Below, piece after piece: positions 1 through 9,427 of a stretch of 29,832 nucleotides of DNA; the first letter of the stretch is position 1; the number at the start of each line of letters is the position of its first letter. The translations under genes were made by a program, and so were the position numbers. This DNA comes from a virus (lineage: Duplodnaviria; Caudoviricetes), in IMG/VR virus record IMGVR_UViG_3300005512_000228, positions 1 to 29,832 of that record. One strand, 5' to 3'. Below the pieces are notes generated by a model. The model had not been told where the DNA came from, made no database searches, and saw only the letters and a list, made by a program, of their open reading frames with translations.

Positions 1-134
1 ATAAAGTATCGTTTATTTTGATTACAGAAGTTTTAAACTTTGACTGTCCGCGCGACAAATTTTAAGATGTAAAAAAGTTGGTAAGATTTTGTATTTAGGG
101 CTATTATAAAAAGTACCCGTTAGAAAGTGGTGTC

Positions 135-1571
135 ATGCGTTATAAGTTTAAATTCCAGCCCTATGAGCACCAGCTCGAGGCTTTGAAAAAATCTTGGAAC
201 AAGCCAGAATTTGCCTACTTCATGGATATGGGGACAGGTAAATCAAAAGTGCTTATTGACAATATGTGTGTGCTGTATGACCGAGGTGAGATTACGGCGG
301 CATTGATAATCGCCCCCAAAGGCGTGTACCGAAACTGGGAAAAAGGTGAACTGCCCACGCACATTCCAGACCATGTTATGTATGACACGGTGCTGTGGAA
401 TCCTAGCCAAACCAAAACACAACTTGAAAAACAAAAGACCCTGTTTTTCCCCGACGATAACCTCAAGATCTTTGTTATGAATGTTGAAGCCTTCAGCACA
501 AAGAAGGGTTGCGATATTGCCGAGCGTTTTATCAATGCTCACAAATGTCTTATGGCTGTAGATGAAAGCACTACCATAAAAAGCAAGGATGCTAAACGCA
601 CTAAGAACATTGTGAAGATAGGAAAAAACGCTACCTTCAAACGCATACTAACAGGGTCACCAGTAACCAAAAGCCCTATGGATTTGTATACACAATGTGA
701 GTTCCTTGATCCATGGTTACTTGGCCATAGTAGCTACTTTAGCTTCCAATACGAGTATGCCGTGGTGCAACGCCGCACAATGGGAGCGCACAGTTTTAAC
801 CAAGTAGTAGGATACCGTAACCTTGATAAACTCAACGGTGTTCTAGAAAACTTCAGTTTCCGTGTAAAGAAAGAAGACTGCTTAGACCTGCCAGATAAAG
901 TGTATATCAAACGCAGTGTGGAACTTACCACTGAACAAAAATCGGTATACTCAAGCCTTAAAACATTTGCCCTTGCCATGCTTGAGGAAGGTTCTGTAAC
1001 CACAGATACAATCCTTACGCAACTGCTCAGACTACAACAAGTTTGCTCAGGCCATGTGCGAATGGACGATGGTGAAATGAAAATATTTGATTCAGCTAAG
1101 TTACCTGAACTAATGTCCGTTCTAGAAGAAGTTGACGGCAAGGTTATCATTTGGGCTAACTTTACACATGACATTAAGAACATCGAGCAATCTATTGCAA
1201 AAGTTTACGGCGAACAATCAGTAGCCACTTATTATGGTGAAACCGAGAGTGATGAGCGACAGGAAATTGTTAACCGTTTCCAAGACCCTAACGACCCATT
1301 GACTTATTTTGTAGGGCAACCACGGACAGGTGGTTATGGCCTAACATTGACAGAAGCCAAAACTGTGGTGTATTACAGTAATAACTTTGACCTTGAAATA
1401 CGGTTACAAAGCGAGGATAGAGCGCACCGTATCGGGCAAACTAGCAAAGTAACATATATTGATATTGTAGCGGAAGATACAGTTGATGAGCGTATCCTCA
1501 AAGCCTTGCGGAATAAAATCAACATAGCAAGCCAAGTCCTTGCAGAAGACTTTAGGGATTGGATTGTTTAG
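135..1571 (+). CDS. SNF2-family (SF2) DNA helicase
   Basis: 478 aa; motif I MDMGTGKS, motif II VDES, motif III LTGSP, 'LLRLQQV', motif V GGYGLTL, motif VI QSEDRAHRIGQ, as in phage SNF2-like helicases. Confidence 0.93.
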   Translation: MRYKFKFQPYEHQLEALKKSWNKPEFAYFMDMGTGKSKVLIDNMCVLYDRGEITAALIIAPKGVYRNWEKGELPTHIPDHVMYDTVLWNPSQTKTQLEKQKTLFFPDDNLKIFVMNVEAFSTKKGCDIAERFINAHKCLMAVDESTTIKSKDAKRTKNIVKIGKNATFKRILTGSPVTKSPMDLYTQCEFLDPWLLGHSSYFSFQYEYAVVQRRTMGAHSFNQVVGYRNLDKLNGVLENFSFRVKKEDCLDLPDKVYIKRSVELTTEQKSVYSSLKTFALAMLEEGSVTTDTILTQLLRLQQVCSGHVRMDDGEMKIFDSAKLPELMSVLEEVDGKVIIWANFTHDIKNIEQSIAKVYGEQSVATYYGETESDERQEIVNRFQDPNDPLTYFVGQPRTGGYGLTLTEAKTVVYYSNNFDLEIRLQSEDRAHRIGQTSKVTYIDIVAEDTVDERILKALRNKINIASQVLAEDFRDWIV

Positions 1572-2041
1572 TTCTGTTTGCTTTTCATAAGCCAAATGAA
1601 CCCAAACAGTAATGCCGCTCCAGTAAGAACTGCTAAAATGATTACTACTATTTCAACAAACTTTTGCCTACGCTCGCGCTGTCGGTAAATTGTTTCTTGG
1701 CGTTGTTTACGGATTTGGCCTTCCATTGCAATAAGCTCATCCCATGCTTTTGAACCAATGGTGAATTGCAACCACTGTTTAAGTTCATCACGCTGTGCTT
1801 GAGCTTTTTTCTTTGCGGCGAAGGCTTCTATCGCTTCTTGTTCTACAGACTTACTGCTGATTATTTTCTTAAAAATAGGTGGGTTCTTAGCTTCTTTTTC
1901 AGCTTGCTCAATATCGGAAAGCGCACCCATCCACCTTGATAAATCACTAGCCATAGATTCAAGATCGCGACCTATAGCGAAACCTTTTTTAAGCGCACCA
2001 AAAGCCGCTGAAGCGGTCGCCATTGCGCTTACAGGATCCAT
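1568..2041 (-). CDS. hypothetical membrane-anchored coiled-coil protein
   Basis: 157 aa; helical charged body and one C-terminal hydrophobic segment (IVVIILAVLTGAALLFGFIWLM); last gene of the - strand region. Confidence 0.7.
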   Translation of the reverse strand: MDPVSAMATASAAFGALKKGFAIGRDLESMASDLSRWMGALSDIEQAEKEAKNPPIFKKIISSKSVEQEAIEAFAAKKKAQAQRDELKQWLQFTIGSKAWDELIAMEGQIRKQRQETIYRQRERRQKFVEIVVIILAVLTGAALLFGFIWLMKSKQN

Positions 2042-2043
2042 AA

Positions 2044-2484
2044 TTAGTTCCCCATTAGGCTTCTTGCCGCATTTATAGGTCGATCAAATTGGGCAATACT
2101 GAGAGGGGAAAAGGTGGTTGGTAATTGGGGTACAGGCATTAAAGAGCCAATGCCTTGTAGGTTTGTTCCACCGAGATTAGGGAATCGCTGTTGGGCTAAT
2201 TGCATGACTTGTTGCAAAAAAGTATTTACCTCAGGCTCAATTTGATTAGAAGCCTGTTGTTTAAGGTACTCGCCTACAGGGTTCAGCACTTCCATTAAAG
2301 GATTGGTAACCGACAATAAGTCACCACTATAAGTGCCTATGGATTTCTGTGGCAGTAATATATCATCAGAAATTTTAGCCGCTATACTCATGTCTTCAGG
2401 CACACGAAACTGTGTGGGGAGTTGTGTTTGTAACCCCCCAATGCCAACTGCAGGAGTGGCGTTTTCATTTACATTAAAAGCCAT
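2044..2484 (-). CDS. hypothetical protein, possibly internal virion protein
   Basis: 146 aa; abuts the lysozyme stop; Gln/Pro-rich; carries GIGGL and QGIGSL motifs shared with upstream internal proteins. Confidence 0.6.
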   Translation of the reverse strand: MAFNVNENATPAVGIGGLQTQLPTQFRVPEDMSIAAKISDDILLPQKSIGTYSGDLLSVTNPLMEVLNPVGEYLKQQASNQIEPEVNTFLQQVMQLAQQRFPNLGGTNLQGIGSLMPVPQLPTTFSPLSIAQFDRPINAARSLMGN

Positions 2485-2931
2485 TTACGCCTCCACTGCT
2501 CGCATACGGTCTACAAGCCGTTGTGCTCTATTAGTAACTTGCTGATACCAGCGTGAATCAACCATTTCATCAGCGGCTTTATTCCAATCACGAGCATCCA
2601 CACCAGCCTTCATTCCTTTAAATTTGCTGAGGCGTGGTCTGCCCATATTGAACATCATGTTTGCAATTATGTGTTGGACTTCTTCCGGAAGCGTTTCAAA
2701 ATCTTCATAGAGCGTATTGCAGTCATCCAGTACGATATCCATGTCTGTATTGAATGCCTGTATGACACGAGCTTCGCTGACACTCGTCCCGACTTCTGCT
2801 CCATGCTCTGGATCCGTTTCGCTAATAAGATGACCAATACCAAAAGTAGGGTAGCCAAGATGATCCAAGTAAATGTCATACCTACACCCCTCATCTGCTT
2901 CTATTTCTTTGCGTAATTGCTCTAAATTCAT
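2485..2931 (-). CDS. T4-type lysozyme (glycoside hydrolase family 24)
   Basis: E-x8-D-x5-T catalytic triad (E-GCRYDIYL-D-HLGYP-T) followed by FGIGHL; NMMFNMG and SRWYQQVTNRAQR resemble T4 lysozyme segments. Confidence 0.92.
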   Translation of the reverse strand: MNLEQLRKEIEADEGCRYDIYLDHLGYPTFGIGHLISETDPEHGAEVGTSVSEARVIQAFNTDMDIVLDDCNTLYEDFETLPEEVQHIIANMMFNMGRPRLSKFKGMKAGVDARDWNKAADEMVDSRWYQQVTNRAQRLVDRMRAVEA

Positions 2932-2934
2932 AAC

Positions 2935-5900
2935 TTATCCTAAACTCATAATCCCTTGGCTACGACTTGCTATTGCACCACCTATTTCATCACGGGGAAA
3001 CAGAGAGGCATAGTCCGTAGAGCTTGGCTGTGTGGCAGGAGGCGTACTCGCTAACGGTATTTTAGGCAACCCTATATTAGCACTCGCTACAGGAGGCGCA
3101 GGAGCGGTTACAGGAGGTGTAACAGGCGCACTAGCTACATCAGTAGTAGCCTCTGTTTCTAGAGCTGAGGTATCCCCCATAGCAGGAGCCATTTGGGTGC
3201 GTAATGTTTCTTCCTCCAGGGTTTCACTTTGGTCTACAAAGCCCTTACGCATAGTGTCTAGTAAAACGCCGTATACGGAATCTTTTCCAAATTTAAAGGC
3301 GTTTGGACCATGAGCTCTTTTCATTTGTCCAACCGAAGGTGGCGACGCTAAGAACTTAGCCATGAGATTTTGTTGCAAAACCATTTTTAATGCTCCGAGT
3401 TCAAGACCTTGCAATCCGGCAACAGTAGAAGCAGATTGCAAACTTGAACCCAAATCATCAAGTTTGTTTGTGTACATGACATAAGTACGGATGTCCGCCA
3501 ACTCTTGCATATACTCTGGATGCTCGGCGTTTTTAAAAAGAGGCTCGAGGCCAGAATACTCACCATCAAATTTCAAAAGTTTATCTATTTCAGTAGAAAG
3601 AGCCTTGGGGTCAACAACATCTGTGCCTAAATCGGTATTATAAGAACTTGATTTTTTAAGGATGCTATCAAAAATAGATGCTCGCATATTAAGCGCACGG
3701 TTGCCCATAAACCCACCGCCATCTGCAATAAACTTGGCAACTTCATTATCTGTCATAGTTTTTACAAGCGTGATAGCCCGAGCACCGTTTGACATATCTC
3801 TAGCCAAGGCTGTTTGCACAGCATCTGACTGTATCCAAGCCGCCCGTTGTGCGATATCATCTATAAGAGCTCTGTCAGCCGCATTAGGAACAAGTTTTAA
3901 ATACAACTCAGGGTCGTTTTCTTTCATCGTACGAATACGCTGAGCAATCAGATCAGGCTTTGAGCCAAGGTCTTGAAGAAAACCGTTTTGCACATCACGC
4001 ATAAGTTGGTTAGCGGCATCACGCCCCGCCGGAGTTTTAGAAGCACTGATCAACCAGTTGCTCATAACATTCCAATCGGAAGAGTTAAACTCACCCGACC
4101 AGAATTTTTGACCAAGCTCAGCAGGGTTTACCTGTGTATTCCTTGCAAAAAAGGAATGGAGCTTACTGGCGTTTTTGACATCAGAAGCAAGTTTAGAGAG
4201 CGAAGTAGCTTCCTCCCATGCTTCTTTCCATGCTGTGCCGCCACCTTTAGGATTTTGCAAAACTTCATCAATTGATTTTAAAAGTTTCACAGCATTTTGG
4301 TTAGTTTGACCACCACCAAACGCAATATCAGCAACTTCGTTACGCATAGCTTGAAGTTGTTTGAGAGAATTGAAACTATAATCTTTGCCCTTATCACGAA
4401 CTGAAAGTGTGGTAACTTCCTGATTCCAAACATTTTCAAACTTATCAGCAATGTTTAGCAAGCGTTGGTCTACTGACTCAATCGTCTCAGTAATTTCTTT
4501 AGCGGGGGTTGTGACAGTGCGTGTAATAGGTTTACCATCCGGACCCAACACACCTGTTTCTATTGTTTCCGTCGTAGCTTCAGTTGTGCCAGCGCGAGTT
4601 TGTGTACCTACCCGAATATCTTGGGCTACCTCTTTTACAGGAGCTAAATCAAAAACAACATCTTCAGCTTCAGCAGTTTCAAACGCACGAGTGTAGGCTT
4701 GATCAGTTACTTCCCGTAGGCTTTTGTCCAACTGGCCTGTAAGCATACGGATATCTTCTTGCGTTTTCTGTAGTGTTTTGACGTCAACATCCGCGCCTTG
4801 AGCACGAAGTTTGTACATATCGTCAAGCTCTACACTAAGCCTACGGGCAGACAAATCTAAATACTGGCGTAACTCTGCCGCAGTAAACCCTTCCATTCCT
4901 TTTGGTGATTTGGCTTTTTGATCTAACAACTGCCACAGTTTTGCTTGTTGATTGTTGAAAACCTGTTGAGGAGTTTTAGATACCCCCGCTACCTGACCTT
5001 GGATACGCTGGATAATGGGGCTGTCAGTTAACTGGGAAACCGTGAGTAGTGGTAAGCCTAACCGTTCTGCGGATTCCTGACCAGCAATAGCTCCTGGAGC
5101 AGTTTTACCAGCAAGAATGGCACTTGGACCTTCGGCAGTAAACATTGCCCTAAAGCGATTACCAAGAATAGGCGAAACTTTAAAAATTGCGGCTTCCAAA
5201 CTACCTATTATTGCGGCATCTTTCCAAACAGAAATATCACCCGCCATATCCGTAAACGACCTTCCTGTTTCGTTTACCGCCCATTGTTCTAAAAAATTAG
5301 CCCCTGTCGTTGTGCTAAGAACTCCGAGTGTACCAAGTAGGCTAGGTGGGAAAATAATACTAGCGGCTACTGCCGTTGCATTCGTGGGGGTAAGAATATT
5401 AGCTTCTACATCTAACGCATCGGCTAAAAATTCATACCCTGCTCCTGGGGCTTCTGGGTTAAAAGTAGGGTCAGCACGATACAGCGCACCGTTTGGTACA
5501 ACACTATAAAGTTCGACTGTTTCACCACCACCCACATCTATCCGTAGATAACGGCCTTCAGGGTAATGCTTTTTGAAATAACCCCTACGGTCTTCAAATT
5601 TACCACGGCGAGCTAAACCTTCGCGTACACCCAATTTTATTGGACCAACAGTATCTGCCCCTTGATAACCTTTACCGCCATATTGATCAATAATCAAGTT
5701 TTCAACACGCTGACGGTTAAGGCTTTCTAACTCTATATTGCTTTTAAAAGGCTCTTCTGTAACCAGTTGACCTTTCCCAACATCAGGTTCAACAGTAAGA
5801 GGTTTGAAATCATCGGGGCGAGTGCCTACATCCATAGCCCCTGTAACATCTTCCATAAACTGTGACTCTATAGCGGCACGGTTTACAGTTTCAACTGTTT

Positions 5901-6093
5901 CAGGGTCTAACTGTCTGGTAGGCACATCTTCAGTAGTATAAGGTGTTATCCTTGCCCCTTTAGGCGTGAAGAACACTTCTGGCAAAGCATCTACGGTTAG
6001 CGCATCATCAGGAAGAGTCATAAACTCAGGGGCTACATCAACTTGCTCATCAGTAACCGTATCAACTACAAGAGGGTCGTCTGGTCTAGCCAT
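2935..6093 (-). CDS. large internal virion/ejection protein (putative)
   Basis: 1052 aa, mostly helical, hydrophobic stretch near residues 240-265, Pro-rich tail; last of the large genes after the tail nozzle, the usual podovirus ejection-protein position. Confidence 0.6.
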   Translation of the reverse strand: MARPDDPLVVDTVTDEQVDVAPEFMTLPDDALTVDALPEVFFTPKGARITPYTTEDVPTRQLDPETVETVNRAAIESQFMEDVTGAMDVGTRPDDFKPLTVEPDVGKGQLVTEEPFKSNIELESLNRQRVENLIIDQYGGKGYQGADTVGPIKLGVREGLARRGKFEDRRGYFKKHYPEGRYLRIDVGGGETVELYSVVPNGALYRADPTFNPEAPGAGYEFLADALDVEANILTPTNATAVAASIIFPPSLLGTLGVLSTTTGANFLEQWAVNETGRSFTDMAGDISVWKDAAIIGSLEAAIFKVSPILGNRFRAMFTAEGPSAILAGKTAPGAIAGQESAERLGLPLLTVSQLTDSPIIQRIQGQVAGVSKTPQQVFNNQQAKLWQLLDQKAKSPKGMEGFTAAELRQYLDLSARRLSVELDDMYKLRAQGADVDVKTLQKTQEDIRMLTGQLDKSLREVTDQAYTRAFETAEAEDVVFDLAPVKEVAQDIRVGTQTRAGTTEATTETIETGVLGPDGKPITRTVTTPAKEITETIESVDQRLLNIADKFENVWNQEVTTLSVRDKGKDYSFNSLKQLQAMRNEVADIAFGGGQTNQNAVKLLKSIDEVLQNPKGGGTAWKEAWEEATSLSKLASDVKNASKLHSFFARNTQVNPAELGQKFWSGEFNSSDWNVMSNWLISASKTPAGRDAANQLMRDVQNGFLQDLGSKPDLIAQRIRTMKENDPELYLKLVPNAADRALIDDIAQRAAWIQSDAVQTALARDMSNGARAITLVKTMTDNEVAKFIADGGGFMGNRALNMRASIFDSILKKSSSYNTDLGTDVVDPKALSTEIDKLLKFDGEYSGLEPLFKNAEHPEYMQELADIRTYVMYTNKLDDLGSSLQSASTVAGLQGLELGALKMVLQQNLMAKFLASPPSVGQMKRAHGPNAFKFGKDSVYGVLLDTMRKGFVDQSETLEEETLRTQMAPAMGDTSALETEATTDVASAPVTPPVTAPAPPVASANIGLPKIPLASTPPATQPSSTDYASLFPRDEIGGAIASRSQGIMSLG

Positions 6094-8463
6094 TTATTGC
6101 TCCCCAAATTGGAAACCTGAATAGATTCCCCAAAGTCTATCCATATCGGCATCAGTTGGGTTAGTGGTAATAACCCTACCATCTCTATCTTTTAATACTC
6201 CAAGTTGGACTAATTTACCGACATTTGCTTTAAATTTTTCTTTGGTATCGAACTCACTAATGAACCTAGCAAGAGTATCTTGATCCTGAGTCAGTCGCAC
6301 CGTTTGTGTTTCACGCTCAGTCCCCTCACCTACAGTACGCTGGGCTGTGATTTCACCGCCTATTGGTGCTTTGGGAAGGTTTGCTATAATCTCAGAATCC
6401 ACAACAGGGTTTTCTGAAAGCCAGTTTGATCTTGCTTGGTTAAGTGCGATGTATTTATCTTCAGCATTCGGATATTTCTGGCTATTGGTTTGCATCCAAT
6501 CAGTTACAAACTGTTGCTCTTTGATAGCACGGTCAGCGGCGGCATTGTAAATTTGCGACAATACTTGCAAGCCTTCAGGTGTGGTGTAAAGGCTCGGACC
6601 TGCTTTTTGAACCATTTGCAGTTCTTCAACATTGAGGTTTCCAGGAATAAACTGGGACATCCTTAATGCAAACTGGTTACTGGCTCGTTCAGCAAGTTCA
6701 CCCTGTACAGGATCGCCACCCATAATAACAGCATAGTTTTCGGGCGACATACCCTCTTTAATGAAAGTATCCAATCCTGGGATTGCTTTAACAAACTTCT
6801 GGATACGCAACCGAGTGCCAGCCAGAGCACCTGTTTCAAACCCTTCGGAAGCCTGTGCCGCTTGATTGGCAAAGTTTTTAAGGTCTTGTGTTGATGCAAC
6901 ATTGGCATTGATAGCGGCGATATCCTCACCCAGCATTTTTGCAAATACATCATCAATAGATTTGCGTGGGTTGTATTGCAAATTAGGTGTCGTGTTAGCT
7001 GTAATGTAACCTTCCAAAGCATTAGCTTCAAACTTATCAGCCGCCGCCTGTTTTTCTTTTTCTGTACCCTCTGTTTGAGCATACACTTTATCTTTACCCG
7101 CTTGGAGCAACCGCTCAAACTCTGTACCCTGTGGAGAAGGAGTAAGTTTGCCAGACAAAAAGGTAAGTTCTTGCTTGGCTTTTGCGATAGCATCTGTGGT
7201 AGAAGCAGGGTTATCAACAATGGCTTTTTGATCATTAAAGCGTTCAATAAGTTGAACAAACTCAGGGGCTTCCGGACCCGTACCCGCTTGCAGGACAGAA
7301 CTTGTGCCATCCGCTGGGTTATAGGTATAGAACCCAAACTCGGCATTACCATAGATTTGTTTATCCGGACCTGTACCTGTTTTAGCAGTAACAACAGAAT
7401 TATTTTCATCAAGGTAAAAGAACCCTGCTTCTGCATTACCAAAGATATCGGGTTTACGCCCTAAACCTTCTTGCAAGGTAGTTACTGTGTTATCATCATT
7501 AAGCAGATAATACCCTATGGTAGAATCACCAAACGGTGTTTTCTTTTGACCCAAACCCTCTTTCAAAGTGATAATTTTGTTAGGATTGCGTGGGTCTACT
7601 GCATACTGCCCAAGTGCATCACTGCCAAAAATCTTAAGGTCAGGTGTTTTAAGTGCTTCAGTAGCAAAAAGCGATAGCAGATCTGTTTTAGCTTCTTGTG
7701 AAGCCGCTTGGCTTTTACTTGCCGCTTCAGCCGCTTTAAGTTTGATAGCTTGCTCCTGCTTACCTTTAGCCTGAGCCATTTGCAAAATAGGATCAGCAAC
7801 AGCAGAAATGGTTTGTGGAGCAAGGATACTGCTCAACAGGCCACCTTCAGGCGCATTTGCGACAGCCGCCGCTAACTGCAAACCAGAAATATAGGGGGCA
7901 TACTCATACCCTGTTTGATCACTTCCCAATAAATCTTGGTACTGTTTTAAATAACTTTCATAACTGGTTGGCTCAGGAACCATACCCATAATCTGCTTAT
8001 AAGCATCAATATTAAACCCAGCAGGAACAGTTTCACCTTCTGAAGGAGATCCTTCTTGACGCATTACGGGTTGTTCACCCATAGCCATACGAGCCATAGC
8101 TTCTTGCTGTCCAGGAGCTTGCATCATACCCATATTGATGCCGCCCTTTGGGGCTTCATTTTCAGCCATTTCCAAAATGCTGAAAGTAGGCTGAAGCAAA
8201 GTCAGCACAGAATCAGGGGTTTTATTTGCATCTTTACGACCCACATACCCTGCAAGTTCAGTACGGCGTTCATCTATTGATGCTTCATCCCCACGGAGAG
8301 CATCCATAACACCAGCATAATCTTCAGCATTATCAATCTTTGTTCCTACTTCTTCCATAGCTTCAGCGGTATCAGCCAAACCTGAAGTGATACCTGAACC
8401 ATCAGCTTGCATAGGCTGTGGCCGTTGACCCTGAAACATTGCTCGTTGTAGGACATTATCCAT
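6094..8463 (-). CDS. internal virion/ejection protein (putative)
   Basis: Long ORF (track start 8475; ATG at 8463 preceded by GGTGA is more likely); Ala/Gln/Met-rich N-terminus, four ~30-aa internal repeats; position among ejection genes. Confidence 0.6.
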   Translation of the reverse strand: MDNVLQRAMFQGQRPQPMQADGSGITSGLADTAEAMEEVGTKIDNAEDYAGVMDALRGDEASIDERRTELAGYVGRKDANKTPDSVLTLLQPTFSILEMAENEAPKGGINMGMMQAPGQQEAMARMAMGEQPVMRQEGSPSEGETVPAGFNIDAYKQIMGMVPEPTSYESYLKQYQDLLGSDQTGYEYAPYISGLQLAAAVANAPEGGLLSSILAPQTISAVADPILQMAQAKGKQEQAIKLKAAEAASKSQAASQEAKTDLLSLFATEALKTPDLKIFGSDALGQYAVDPRNPNKIITLKEGLGQKKTPFGDSTIGYYLLNDDNTVTTLQEGLGRKPDIFGNAEAGFFYLDENNSVVTAKTGTGPDKQIYGNAEFGFYTYNPADGTSSVLQAGTGPEAPEFVQLIERFNDQKAIVDNPASTTDAIAKAKQELTFLSGKLTPSPQGTEFERLLQAGKDKVYAQTEGTEKEKQAAADKFEANALEGYITANTTPNLQYNPRKSIDDVFAKMLGEDIAAINANVASTQDLKNFANQAAQASEGFETGALAGTRLRIQKFVKAIPGLDTFIKEGMSPENYAVIMGGDPVQGELAERASNQFALRMSQFIPGNLNVEELQMVQKAGPSLYTTPEGLQVLSQIYNAAADRAIKEQQFVTDWMQTNSQKYPNAEDKYIALNQARSNWLSENPVVDSEIIANLPKAPIGGEITAQRTVGEGTERETQTVRLTQDQDTLARFISEFDTKEKFKANVGKLVQLGVLKDRDGRVITTNPTDADMDRLWGIYSGFQFGEQ
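7270..7635 (-). repeat. four degenerate ~30-aa repeats, [IP][FY]G-x4-G-[QYF][YF]...G[LT]G
   Basis: IFGSDALGQY..EGLG / PFGDSTIGYY..EGLG / IFGNAEAGFF..TGTG / IYGNAEFGFY..AGTG in the translation; boundaries approximate. Confidence 0.75.
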
Positions 8464-8467
8464 ATTA

Positions 8468-9427
8468 TCACCCAAATGCTTTATTAGCCGCGCCGTATAA
8501 GCTCAAGCCGCCGATACCCGCGCCAAGTAATTGGTTAAGGAATCCTGGTTGAGGAGCAGAGGCTGTGCTGATAGTTTGCTGTGTAGAAGGCGCACCACGC
8601 AGTATATCGCTGTAAAAGCCAAGCCGCTGATACGGTTCATAAATAGTTTGCAAGTCTGTTGCTCTTTGTGCTTCAGCCTGTTGTTGCAAGATCTGACGCT
8701 CTTGTTCGCCAAGCTGTGCCAACTGATTAATTTCAGATTGTGATATTTTACTGCCAAGTTCACTCAGGCTTGCTTGGCCAAGACCAAGTTGACCAATACC
8801 CTGTGCTAACCCTGCTTGAACACCGCCCAACTGACCAATGCCTTGTGCCGCCTGTAGCGCACGACCAAGCTCTTGCTGAGCCGCTTGCTGAGCTTGCAAG
8901 AAATTTTGTGCTTGACTTTGTGCTAGTGCTTGAGCACGATTACGGTCTATTTCCCGTTGTGCGATTTCAGCACGGCTACCACCAAAAGCACTTGGACCTC
9001 CAGGTTGTCCAACAGCTTGAGAAGCCGCTTGTGTAGCCTGAATATCATAAGCACGGTTAATTTCATCTTGGATAGCTTGCTGGTAAGGGTTCATATAGGC
9101 TTGCATTTGCGCTTGTGTAGGCGCACCCATTCCTGCCCCATATGTGCCAGCCGCTTGTCCTACCAGCCCCATACCAGCCTGATATGCTGGCAATGCCGCA
9201 CCCATTGTTGTCGCACCAGCCGTAAGATACGGTTGATATGCGCCTAAACCAGATTGTGCCGCGCCAAGAGCCTGTTGCCCTGCTTGCGTCATACCTTCTG
9301 CAGTAACCGAAGGAAGCCCACCAGTAGGAGGAGCACTGGTAAGAGCTTTAGCTTGTTCCATTAAGCCTATTTTATAGGCTTCAATTTCGGGGGCTTCGCG
9401 CTGGATTACTTCTTGGACTTCAGCCAT
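8468..9427 (-). CDS. Gln/Ala/Gly-rich internal virion (DNA transfer/pilot-like) protein
   Basis: 319 aa; YMNPYQQ and AFGGSR motifs, low-complexity QA helices, C-terminal glycine-zipper-like hydrophobic segment (LLGAGIGGLSLYGAA). Confidence 0.65.
   Translation of the reverse strand: MAEVQEVIQREAPEIEAYKIGLMEQAKALTSAPPTGGLPSVTAEGMTQAGQQALGAAQSGLGAYQPYLTAGATTMGAALPAYQAGMGLVGQAAGTYGAGMGAPTQAQMQAYMNPYQQAIQDEINRAYDIQATQAASQAVGQPGGPSAFGGSRAEIAQREIDRNRAQALAQSQAQNFLQAQQAAQQELGRALQAAQGIGQLGGVQAGLAQGIGQLGLGQASLSELGSKISQSEINQLAQLGEQERQILQQQAEAQRATDLQTIYEPYQRLGFYSDILRGAPSTQQTISTASAPQPGFLNQLLGAGIGGLSLYGAANKAFG

Noticed and set aside
40-134. AT-rich leader with a short inverted repeat (TGTC-cgcgc-GACA) and TATTAT, a possible promoter or origin
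   Set aside because: The stem is only 4 bp, the -35 match and spacing are poor, and upstream context is cut off by the window edge.
135-1571. SNF2 helicase as part of an anti-phage defence system
   Set aside because: It is a compact stand-alone phage-type helicase with no methylase, nuclease or other defence partner nearby; the context is a phage replication arm.
6663-7442. 259-aa alternative-frame ORF inside the large internal-protein gene
   Set aside because: Leu/Lys/Met-rich composition typical of an off-frame read of a biased coding strand; no recognisable motif or RBS.
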